From Deltaproteobacteria bacterium (GTDB lineage: Bacteria > Desulfobacterota > Dissulfuribacteria > Dissulfuribacterales > UBA3076), in assembly GCA_030605675.1 (NCBI GenBank), contig JAUWHV010000124.1:1-32517 (forward strand): DNA of 32,517 nucleotides, in the 5' to 3' direction. Both the position numbers and the translations under genes were made by a program. This document shows positions 8,477-16,271 of this stretch, in pieces. Position 1 is the stretch's first letter, and each line of letters starts with the position of its first letter. Under the pieces are notes generated by a model. That model saw only the letters and a list, made by a program, of their open reading frames with translations, made no database searches and was not told the origin of the DNA.

Positions 8477-8911
8477 ATGGACCGCGGTTTTGCAAGGAGC
8501 CTTGAGAGGAATTCGGGTTTTACCCTGATTGAACTCCTTGTGGTGGTAATTATCATCGGGCTTTTGGCTTCCCTGGTAGCACCAAAATTTTTCGGAAAGC
8601 TGGGAGGAAGCAAACAAAAGATTACAAAGGCCCAAATCGAGCTCTTTGGTGCCGCTCTTGACGAGTTCCGCCTGGATAACGGCCGTTATCCCAGTACTGA
8701 GGAGGGCCTCTTGGCCTTGCGGGACAAGCCGGACGATCTTGAAAATTGGGCTGGACCTTACCTGCCCAAGGCCATTCCAAAGGATTCATGGGGACACGAA
8801 TATGTCTACAGTTCTCCCGGAGAACACTATGACTATGATCTTATTAGTTACGGCCGTGACGGCGAGCCGGGCGGAGAGGATGAAGACTCAGACATAGTAA
8901 GTTGGGAGTGA
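8477..8911 (+). CDS. gspG: Type II secretion major pseudopilin GspG
   Basis: The prepilin leader ends G|FTLIELLVVVIIIG. The C-terminus is GspG-like (DSWGHEYVYSSPGEHYDYDLISYGRDGEPGGEDEDSDIVSW). The ATG at 8477 has GAGGA upstream. Confidence 0.9.
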   Translation: MDRGFARSLERNSGFTLIELLVVVIIIGLLASLVAPKFFGKLGGSKQKITKAQIELFGAALDEFRLDNGRYPSTEEGLLALRDKPDDLENWAGPYLPKAIPKDSWGHEYVYSSPGEHYDYDLISYGRDGEPGGEDEDSDIVSWE

Positions 8912-8915
8912 GGGA

Positions 8916-8951
8916 ATTTGGTGATTTGGTGAATGGGTGAATGGGTGAATG
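8916..8951. repeat. Tandem octamers ATTTGGTG x2 plus AATGGGTG x2.5 spanning the gspG-gspE junction
   Basis: Read directly from the sequence. Each AATGGGTG unit contains an ATG. The tract overlaps the annotated gspE start at 8933. Confidence 0.8.
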
Positions 8952-10585
8952 TCCAAAACGTAGGGTCTTTCCTGGGGTTTTTGCTCAAGAGGAAAGACAA
9001 AAACGAACTCCAAAACGCAAGTGGGGATCAGGTTTCTGAGGCCGAATCAAATTCAGCTGAGGTGCCGGGGTCTGGATTTCCCCAAATAGGCGTGGCTGAT
9101 TTTCCTGACAAGCCGCCTATGATAAATGGGCTGTCTCCGCAGCTAATGCGGCAGTGGAAGGTCGTCACATTATCTATGGATGATTCTGAAGCCAGGGTGG
9201 CTATGGCCACGCCCCAGGACCTGTACCTGAGAGAACTCCTTGAAAGTATTTATCAGAAGCCGGTTCGTCCCTTTCTTGCCAGTGAAGAGGATATCCTTGC
9301 TGCTGTTTACAGATGGTATGAGGCCGATATAGACCTGGGAGGGGAGGAGTCCGGGGACGAATCCCGTACTGTTGATGAGCTATGGGAAGATCCTGAACAA
9401 CTGCGGGATCTTGCCTCCGAGGCACCTGTGATACGTCTTGTAAACCATATTATCAGTCAGGCACTTGAGGTAAAGGCTTCAGACATACATTTTGAGCCAT
9501 TCAGGGATCACTTTAAGGTAAGGTTCCGTATAGATGGAGTCCTTCACGACATTGAGACAGTTGCAAAAAAGCTCCAACCCGCAATTACTTCCCGGCTAAA
9601 ACTGATGGCCAAGATGAACATCGCTGAGATGCGCTTGCCTCAGGATGGGCGCATTAAGGTCCGCGAGGGGCAAAGAGAGATAGACATCAGGGTCTCTTCT
9701 CTGCCGACCCTTTTTGGGGAGAGTATAGTGCTCAGGCTCCTCAACCGGGAGGAGGTCCGGCTGGAATTGGAAACTTTGGGGATTTCAGCCGACATATTGG
9801 GGGATTTTGAAAAGATAATTTCAAGGCCCTATGGGTTGATCCTGGTCACCGGTCCGACCGGCAGCGGGAAGACCACTACTCTTTATGGGGCTATGAACCG
9901 CATCAATGCCCCGGACAAGAAAATTGTAACAGTTGAAGACCCGGTTGAGTATCAGTTGGATGGGATAAACCAGATCCAGATCCGTCCTAAGATAGGGTTG
10001 GGCTTTGCCTCTGCCCTTCGCAACATCCTCAGACAGGATCCGGATGTGATACTTGTCGGAGAGATCCGGGACGCTGAGACTGCCGAGATTGCCATACAGT
10101 CCGCACTTACCGGACATCTTGTATTTTCTACCCTCCACACAAACGATGCTGCAAGCGCAATTACCAGGTTGCAGGAGATGGGCGTTGAGTCTTATCTTTT
10201 GTCCTCCTGTCTACTTGCAGTGATGGCCCAGAGGCTGGTCAGGAAGATCTGCCCGCATTGCGGGGCTGCTTACGATCTGCCGCCTGGTTTTTTCGAGGAG
10301 GTAGTCCAGGCCCTTGGGGTGGACAGCACTCAGGCTCCATCCGAGGTCTGGCGGGGTAAGGGTTGCGCTAATTGTGCCAATACAGGATTTTCCGGTCGTA
10401 CTGGTATATACGAGCTGATCCAGGTGGATGACGAAATAAGGCGACTGATAGTCAAGGGTGCTGATAGCGGCTCAATCCTTTCCAAGGCCCGATCTCTGGG
10501 CATGAGGACGCTTCGTCAAGACGGCCTTCAAAAGGTCCTTGCAGGTCAAACAACCTTTGAAGAGGTTATGAGAGTCACTAATTAG
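8933..10585 (+). CDS. gspE: Type II secretion ATPase GspE
   Basis: Walker A (GPTGSGKTTT), Asp and His boxes, and a CxxC...CxxC zinc motif (CPHC...CANC). The N-terminal domain is T2SSE-like. The start could also be the in-frame GTG at 8945. Confidence 0.9.
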   Translation: MGEWVNVQNVGSFLGFLLKRKDKNELQNASGDQVSEAESNSAEVPGSGFPQIGVADFPDKPPMINGLSPQLMRQWKVVTLSMDDSEARVAMATPQDLYLRELLESIYQKPVRPFLASEEDILAAVYRWYEADIDLGGEESGDESRTVDELWEDPEQLRDLASEAPVIRLVNHIISQALEVKASDIHFEPFRDHFKVRFRIDGVLHDIETVAKKLQPAITSRLKLMAKMNIAEMRLPQDGRIKVREGQREIDIRVSSLPTLFGESIVLRLLNREEVRLELETLGISADILGDFEKIISRPYGLILVTGPTGSGKTTTLYGAMNRINAPDKKIVTVEDPVEYQLDGINQIQIRPKIGLGFASALRNILRQDPDVILVGEIRDAETAEIAIQSALTGHLVFSTLHTNDAASAITRLQEMGVESYLLSSCLLAVMAQRLVRKICPHCGAAYDLPPGFFEEVVQALGVDSTQAPSEVWRGKGCANCANTGFSGRTGIYELIQVDDEIRRLIVKGADSGSILSKARSLGMRTLRQDGLQKVLAGQTTFEEVMRVTN

Positions 10586-10611
10586 AAGCTGAAGGCTGAA
10601 GGCTGAAGGCT
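10585..10611. repeat. GAAGGCT x3 tandem heptamers (plus one GAAGCT) between gspE and gspF
   Basis: The tract reads gaagct gaaggct gaaggct gaaggct and begins on the last base of the gspE stop codon. Confidence 0.8.
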
Positions 10612-10635
10612 TAGAGCTAGGAATTGGGTTTTTAA

Positions 10636-11841
10636 ATGTCTACTTTTGCTTATGAGGCCCTGGATGTTAAAGGGCAAAAGATTGAAGGGACCGACGAGGC
10701 TGCAAGCCAGGATCTCTTGATTTCCATGTTAATCTCCCAGGGCCTTCAACCTGTTAAGGTTAAGAGGTTAAAGCGGTTCTATGCTTTATGGAGCAGGAAA
10801 GGGGTCAGGTTCAGCCACGATGACCTTCTCTACTTCACCAGTGAATTGGCTGATCTTCTGGAAGCCGGTGTCCACTTGGAGCGGACCCTGGTCATCCTGG
10901 AAGATGCTGCTGAGCAGAAGACAATACGTGTGCTGATTAATACCATAAGGCAGGAGATCCACGGGGGTAAAAAGCTGTCAGAGGCATTATCTTCCTATCC
11001 GGACATCTTCAATCCCCTGTACATTAATATGGTGCGCGTAGGGGAGTTGGGAGGTGTCCTCCCTGTGGTTCTCAAGAAGCTGAGTGGTTTCATCAAGCGT
11101 TCAAGAGATATTCGAAAGTTTATTATTACTTCATCAATCTATCCAAGCATCCTGGCCCTTGTGGGCATTTTATCAGTCTTTATATTGGTAACCTTTGTTG
11201 TGCCGAAGTTTGGCCAGATCTTTGAGGATCTCAATCAGCCTATGCCCCTGGCCACCAAGTGCATCGTTGGGGCCAGCATGTTTCTACAGTCATGGTGGTG
11301 GTTGTTAGGCCTGGTTATTTTTGTGCTTAGTACTGGTTTGTACTCCTATATCAAGTCACCTGAAGGGAGGGCCTGGTGGGACAAGGTGGTGCTACGTTTG
11401 CCCTTGGCCGGCTCCATGTTGCTGAAGATAGAACTCGGTCGCCTGGCCCGCACTCTGGGCACTTTGCTTGAGAGTGGTATTCCCATACTCAAGGGTATTT
11501 CTCTTTCTGGAGAAGTGGTTTCTAACAGCGTTATACGGAGTGCTGTGGATGATCTGTATAAGGGAGTCCGTCAGGGAAAGAGTCTAAGCCAACTTATGAA
11601 ACAAGCAAAGGTCTTTCCCTCACTTATGGTACACCTGGTGGCTGTTGGAGAGGAAACAGGGGCTATGGGGCCTATGCTTTTAAAGATTGCGGATGATTTT
11701 GAAGAAAAGGTCCAGCACGACACCAAGGTCTATTTATCCCTGGTGGAACCTATAACTATAGTACTGATGGGAATTATAATCGGCGGGATTATCCTGTCTA
11801 TGCTCCTTGCTATATTTGGTATTAACGATGTGGCTTTATAA
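10636..11841 (+). CDS. gspF: Type II secretion inner-membrane platform protein GspF
   Basis: 401 aa with the duplicated T2SSF domain architecture and three TM segments. It resembles GspF/PilC throughout. Confidence 0.9.
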   Translation: MSTFAYEALDVKGQKIEGTDEAASQDLLISMLISQGLQPVKVKRLKRFYALWSRKGVRFSHDDLLYFTSELADLLEAGVHLERTLVILEDAAEQKTIRVLINTIRQEIHGGKKLSEALSSYPDIFNPLYINMVRVGELGGVLPVVLKKLSGFIKRSRDIRKFIITSSIYPSILALVGILSVFILVTFVVPKFGQIFEDLNQPMPLATKCIVGASMFLQSWWWLLGLVIFVLSTGLYSYIKSPEGRAWWDKVVLRLPLAGSMLLKIELGRLARTLGTLLESGIPILKGISLSGEVVSNSVIRSAVDDLYKGVRQGKSLSQLMKQAKVFPSLMVHLVAVGEETGAMGPMLLKIADDFEEKVQHDTKVYLSLVEPITIVLMGIIIGGIILSMLLAIFGINDVAL

Positions 11842-11873
11842 AGGTGGAAGGTTAAAGGTAGAAGGTTGAAGGG
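11841..11873. repeat. GAAGGT/AAAGGT-type repeat tract at the gspF-gspH junction
   Basis: The tract reads aaggtggaaggttaaaggtagaaggttgaaggg. It overlaps the TTG start proposed for gspH. Confidence 0.6.
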
Positions 11874-12351
11874 AGCAACGCAGCCATCGGGCAAAGGATT
11901 GGGTTTTGCGAGCCGCTCAAAGGGTTTTACGCTAATTGAGCTTCTTGTAGTGCTGGTACTGATAGGCATCTTTAGTTCTCTGGTTTTTGTGTCTGTTGCC
12001 GGCGGGATACTTCGGTCTGAAGAGAGGCGTTTTGTTCATTCCTTTACTCAGACCCTGGTCCGGGCCAGGTCCGCAAGCCTGGGTAGAGGCGAGGCAGTCA
12101 GGTTTTTTATTGATGGAGAGAGCAGGACCTATTGTGTTGAAGGCCTTAAATGGCAGAATATCCCAGAGTCCATAGAGGTAGAAGGCGAGGGAGTGGGGGA
12201 AGTGGAACCAGGTGTTCATGCCGTGACCTTTTATCCTGATGGAAGTTCAAGCGGTGGGGAAATTGATCTCAGATGGGAAGGAGGTCGTCTGGACCGGATA
12301 GTGATAGACAGGTTCCTGGGGCTGATACGCATGGAGCGCATTTCATCGTGA
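11866..12351 (+). CDS. gspH: Minor pseudopilin, GspH-like
   Basis: Prepilin motif KG|FTLIELLVVLVLIG, with size and operon position as expected for GspH. The start is uncertain: TTG at 11866 or TTG at 11899. Confidence 0.65.
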   Translation: MKGATQPSGKGLGFASRSKGFTLIELLVVLVLIGIFSSLVFVSVAGGILRSEERRFVHSFTQTLVRARSASLGRGEAVRFFIDGESRTYCVEGLKWQNIPESIEVEGEGVGEVEPGVHAVTFYPDGSSSGGEIDLRWEGGRLDRIVIDRFLGLIRMERISS

Positions 12352-12773
12352 CAATCACCAAATCACCAAATCACCAAATCACCAAATTCTCCTCAGGCTT
12401 TACCCTCATAGAGGTCCTGGTTGCCACGGCAATAATGGGTATTTCGCTCGGGGTGTTGCTTTCGGGCTTTGCACAGGGCCATAGGCAGGCATTTAGGGGC
12501 GATATGGCCAGACAGGCCGCAACCATAGCAGAGTCTGTGCTTTATGGAATGGCCAATGAGCTTGAATCCTTGTCTTCAAGTGAGGAGGACGTAGAGGACC
12601 ATCCCGGGTGGAGCTATAAGGTGGAGATTCAGGACCTGGTCTTGAAGATAACGGCCCAGGACCAGGAAGAGAAAGAGATCGAGGTGCCTGAGCTGAAGGA
12701 GCTTATTCTTACTATACAACCTCCGTATAATGCTCATCCCTTTGTATTGACCAGCTGGATACCGGCAGAGTAG
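12348..12773 (+). CDS. gspI: Minor pseudopilin, GspI-like
   Basis: Prepilin motif SG|FTLIEVLVATAIMG. The GTG at 12348 overlaps the gspH stop (GTGA). The ATG at 12273 would give an implausibly long 42-aa leader that overlaps gspH. Confidence 0.6.
   Translation: MTITKSPNHQITKFSSGFTLIEVLVATAIMGISLGVLLSGFAQGHRQAFRGDMARQAATIAESVLYGMANELESLSSSEEDVEDHPGWSYKVEIQDLVLKITAQDQEEKEIEVPELKELILTIQPPYNAHPFVLTSWIPAE
12353..12387. repeat. AATCACCA x4 perfect tandem octamers inside the gspI leader-peptide codons
   Basis: Four perfect 8-nt units at 12353-12384 plus AAT. The tract is translated as ITKSPNHQITK. Confidence 0.9.
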
Positions 12774-12775
12774 AT

Positions 12776-13462
12776 ATGAGGAAAAAAACAATCACCAAAT
12801 CTTCATCAGGCTTCACACTCCTTGAACTCTTGATTTCCGTCTCTCTTATTGCTGTTTTGGTTCTTATTCTTTCCATGTCTGTTCGTACAGGACTGAGGGC
12901 CTACAGCAGGGGAAAAGAGATCAACGAAGGTTTAATAGTTGTATCCGCTATTGAAGGACTTTTGGGCAGACAGCTCAGGGCCGTGGTGAGGAAGGATGAA
13001 CCTGATCTCAAGGATTTTTCTGAGTTTCATGGGGAAGAGAACGAAGTCTCCTTTGTGACTACCCACGTGCCATTAGGCTCTCAGGCAGGTGGTCTTTTCA
13101 AGGTAGTTTATCGTTTTGATGAGAGAGGGAAAAAACTTATCTATGCTCAGAAGGTCATTACCAGGCCTGAAGATCTGAAAGAGGCTCTTCCCGACAGCAT
13201 AGACCCGGAAGATAAAGAAGACCTGATGGAACAGGGCTGGGGCCTTTCGATCGTAGATGGGATAGATTCTCTGGCCTTTACATATCAGGGTACATTGCAG
13301 AATGAATCCGCCCCTGAGGATTGGCAGGATGGCTGGGATAAAAAGGGCAAGGTGCCCGAGGCAGTGGCCATGGGCTTGGCTTTTTCCGATGATGGTGAGG
13401 AGCCTGCAGCCACCTGGCGGATTTTTTATACAGACCCTCTTGTTCTGGTAAATGCAGAGTGA
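12776..13462 (+). CDS. gspJ: Minor pseudopilin, GspJ-like
   Basis: MRKKTITKSSSG|FTLLELLISVSLIAVLVL, with size and position as expected for GspJ. Confidence 0.6.
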   Translation: MRKKTITKSSSGFTLLELLISVSLIAVLVLILSMSVRTGLRAYSRGKEINEGLIVVSAIEGLLGRQLRAVVRKDEPDLKDFSEFHGEENEVSFVTTHVPLGSQAGGLFKVVYRFDERGKKLIYAQKVITRPEDLKEALPDSIDPEDKEDLMEQGWGLSIVDGIDSLAFTYQGTLQNESAPEDWQDGWDKKGKVPEAVAMGLAFSDDGEEPAATWRIFYTDPLVLVNAE

Positions 13463-14352
13463 AGTCACAGAAAGGTACGGTTCTTATATTGGTCCTCTGG
13501 GTGTTGACCCTGCTTACACTGGTCGGCGGTTTCTATGCGGTTGAGGCCAGAATTCGCAGGAATTTGGGACAATATGCCTGGGATGCCCTGCAGGGCCGGG
13601 AGGCTGCGAAGTCTTTACTGCTTCTTGCAGCGAGCAAACTGTCTCCTCCCGGAATCGACAAGGAAGAGGCAGAGGATGGTCTTTTTGCTGACGGAAGTGT
13701 GTATAAAGTGAGATTTGGGGGCAGAGAGGCCTTTTTTACCCTGCAAGATGAGAATGGAAAGCTCGATCTTAATAACAGTTCAGAGGATCAGATCAGGGAA
13801 GTAGTGAGGGCAATTCTGGGGGATGAGGAGCTTGAAGCCGCAGATACTATAGTGGATGGTATTTTGGACTGGAAAGATTCCGATAAGCTGGTGAGGCTGC
13901 ACGGGGCAGAGGATGATGTCTACCAAGACAGGTCTCCGCCGTACTATCCTGCTAATGGTCCATTTCATTTATTGGATGAACTGCTTTTGGTAAATGGGGT
14001 TGGCCAGGAGGCGTTTTACGGTCCTGTCAGCTGGTCATCCCAGGAGGAAGACGAAGACAGCGAGGTGGTGTGGCAGGGCGGTCTCTGGGATTTATTCACG
14101 GTTTACAACAAATCCGGTACTGTAAACAGGGAATGTGCGCCCTTACCTCTTGAGGAAATTCTAAGTGCCGAATTTGGTGATAACACTATATCAACCCGTG
14201 AGGTGGTGTGTCTCAGGGTTTGGTTCGGCAATCGTATATACCAGGTTTACTCGACTCCTCAGTCCGGGACAGAGGAGTCCAAGGTCAAGCATTGGACTGA
14301 GGCAATTTCTTTAGGAAGCAAAGGCTCAACGTGGTCAGAGAACGAGAAATAA
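13459..14352 (+). CDS. gspK: Minor pseudopilin GspK-like protein
   Basis: The N-terminus is hydrophobic (GTVLILVLWVLTLLTLVGG) and lacks Glu5, as in GspK. A helix-hairpin-helix-like segment is present (LLDELLLVNGVG). The GTG start overlaps the gspJ stop (GTGA). Confidence 0.65.
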   Translation: MKSQKGTVLILVLWVLTLLTLVGGFYAVEARIRRNLGQYAWDALQGREAAKSLLLLAASKLSPPGIDKEEAEDGLFADGSVYKVRFGGREAFFTLQDENGKLDLNNSSEDQIREVVRAILGDEELEAADTIVDGILDWKDSDKLVRLHGAEDDVYQDRSPPYYPANGPFHLLDELLLVNGVGQEAFYGPVSWSSQEEDEDSEVVWQGGLWDLFTVYNKSGTVNRECAPLPLEEILSAEFGDNTISTREVVCLRVWFGNRIYQVYSTPQSGTEESKVKHWTEAISLGSKGSTWSENEK

Positions 14353-15704
14353 CAGGTATTTATCTGGACGAGTCCAAGCTTGATGTCTTCTGTCTTAAGG
14401 GGCGGCTTGGAAAATGGTCTTCTGTTGAACTGCCCTATACGTTTGATGATACCGGGCGTTCCCTGGCGGAACAGGTAAAAGGCGTACTTAAGGCTATTCA
14501 TCCCTCGCGAAGGCGCAGAATATGTCTGGCCCTTCCTCGCAAGAATCTGTTTTTAAGGGAGTTAAGCTTTCCTCAGTTGGAGCCGGAAGAGGCTGCAAAT
14601 GCAGTCCGTATGGGCATAGGACTTCATATACATCTGAAACCGGATGAGATATATCATGATCAATGGGCCTTCAAGCGTGGAGATGAGACCGTGGTGCTTC
14701 TGGCCTATATCCCCAGAAGTTTTTTGGATCCGGTACTCCGTGTGGTTCGTGAGACAGGCCATGGCAAATCGCTTGGTCCTATATCACCTGCGACTTTGGG
14801 ACTGGATATCCTGCTGCGCAGCAGTGCGGAAGCCTCTCTTCCCTGCGTCAGTCTTGGCCGGCAGGGAGACGGATGGTGTGTTTCTCTCCACGGTGTTTAC
14901 GGGTGGGAAGGCTCACATTCCGTATCAGTTTCAGATGAAGAAGATGTCTCGATGGGCCTGCAAAAGCTTGCTCAACATCTTCCTTTTCCTTTTTCCAAGA
15001 TTGCAATGGCCCCTGTCTATGCAGTGGGGGATTCGGGTACAGCAATTCTGGATCCTCCTCCCAAAGATCCATGTAATGCCACAAAGGACCTTTTGAATAT
15101 TTGTGGACAGGAGGGCAAAGTCACCTGGGGGTTATGTGCTGCTTCACTGGGACTAAGTTCTTATCCTGCAATCTCTTTCCAGGAAGGTGTTCGTCGTAAA
15201 CCTTTCCGTTTGCGTGTAAAACCGTATCAATTTGTGGTTGGGGCTGCTGCTGCGGCAATGATATTGGTCACAGGTTTTCAGGGTTTACAGTTACAACAGC
15301 GTGTTCACTCTGTTCATAAGATGGAACAGGAGGTTGAGGATCTACAAGAACGTCTGTCACCCATGCTGGATATCCGGAAGCAGTTGGAACAGATTGAAAA
15401 TCAGCTCAAGGACCTGGGAGACTTCAAGGTTGAGAGGCCCTCTGAACTGAAGGTCTTAAAGGCTGTAGCTGAGCTTACGCCTCTACAGACCTGGATAAAA
15501 AACTTCAATATTAAAAAGGACAGGTTAAAGGTTACGGCCGAGGGTGGTTCAGCAGTAAAGACCATGGGAAAATGGCGTCAGAGTCCTCTTTTTTCAGAGG
15601 TCAAACTTATATCTCCTGTCACAAAGGACAGGCAGCAAAGAGAACGTTTTACAGTGGAGATGAAGCTGGTCAGCGGAAAAGGAGGGGCGAGTAATGGGAA
15701 TTAG
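14331..15704 (+). CDS. gspL: GspL-like (PilM/PilN-like) assembly protein
   Basis: 457 aa: a cytoplasmic N-domain, one TM helix (FVVGAAAAAMILVTGF), a coiled coil and a periplasmic C-domain. Called from position in the operon, with no strong motif. Confidence 0.5.
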   Translation: MVREREITGIYLDESKLDVFCLKGRLGKWSSVELPYTFDDTGRSLAEQVKGVLKAIHPSRRRRICLALPRKNLFLRELSFPQLEPEEAANAVRMGIGLHIHLKPDEIYHDQWAFKRGDETVVLLAYIPRSFLDPVLRVVRETGHGKSLGPISPATLGLDILLRSSAEASLPCVSLGRQGDGWCVSLHGVYGWEGSHSVSVSDEEDVSMGLQKLAQHLPFPFSKIAMAPVYAVGDSGTAILDPPPKDPCNATKDLLNICGQEGKVTWGLCAASLGLSSYPAISFQEGVRRKPFRLRVKPYQFVVGAAAAAMILVTGFQGLQLQQRVHSVHKMEQEVEDLQERLSPMLDIRKQLEQIENQLKDLGDFKVERPSELKVLKAVAELTPLQTWIKNFNIKKDRLKVTAEGGSAVKTMGKWRQSPLFSEVKLISPVTKDRQQRERFTVEMKLVSGKGGASNGN

Positions 15705-16257
15705 TCGTCAACTCTCCGGTAAAAGAAGTCCCTTATTACGTTATGGTTTATTGGTAATAGGACTTATATTCTGGTACAGCCTGGTATGGAACCCGCTGTC
15801 CGGCAAACTCGAGGAGTTAGATAGCAGGCTTGAGACCCAGGAGGCGAAAATCGGGCATTTGAAGCGGGACATCAAGCGCCATCGTGGTATAGATAAGCGC
15901 GTTATGCAGTCGGAGCAGAGACTCGCGACTGCTCTGAAGGGGCTTATGCCCGGTGATACCCCCCAGCTTGTAGCATCCAATTTACAGGATATTTTGCTCA
16001 AGATGGCCTCTGAAGCTGATCTCCAGGTAATCACTTATAAAACAGGCCGGGTCCGCAAATGGAGAGATTATCAACTAGCCGTAGCTACTTTTAGCGCCAG
16101 AACAGATATTGAGAAGCTGGTCAAGTTTCTGAAAATATTAGACGATGATCGCAGGGTATTTCGAATACAGAGTATAAGCGTGGTCAAGGTAAAGGGGCGG
16201 AATCCACATCTTAGGGTCAATCTCGAAGTGGAAGCTCTCTTTATGAAAGCTGCTTAA
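15694..16257 (+). CDS. gspM: GspM/PilO-like bitopic assembly protein
   Basis: 187 aa with an N-terminal TM helix, a coiled coil and a ferredoxin-like C-domain length. It overlaps gspL by 11 nt. Called from context. Confidence 0.5.
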   Translation: MGISRQLSGKRSPLLRYGLLVIGLIFWYSLVWNPLSGKLEELDSRLETQEAKIGHLKRDIKRHRGIDKRVMQSEQRLATALKGLMPGDTPQLVASNLQDILLKMASEADLQVITYKTGRVRKWRDYQLAVATFSARTDIEKLVKFLKILDDDRRVFRIQSISVVKVKGRNPHLRVNLEVEALFMKAA

Positions 16258-16271
16258 GGGGTAAGGTCAAG

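Noticed and set aside
12273-12347. ATG at 12273 as the gspI start
   Set aside because: It would give a 42-aa prepilin leader overlapping gspH by 79 nt. The GTG at 12348 forms a GTGA overlap like the gspJ/gspK junction. I cannot exclude it completely.
8306-12389. Could the many short direct-repeat tracts be CRISPR arrays?
   Set aside because: The units are 6-9 nt and directly abut one another with no spacers. The tracts are only 25-70 nt long, and no cas genes are present.
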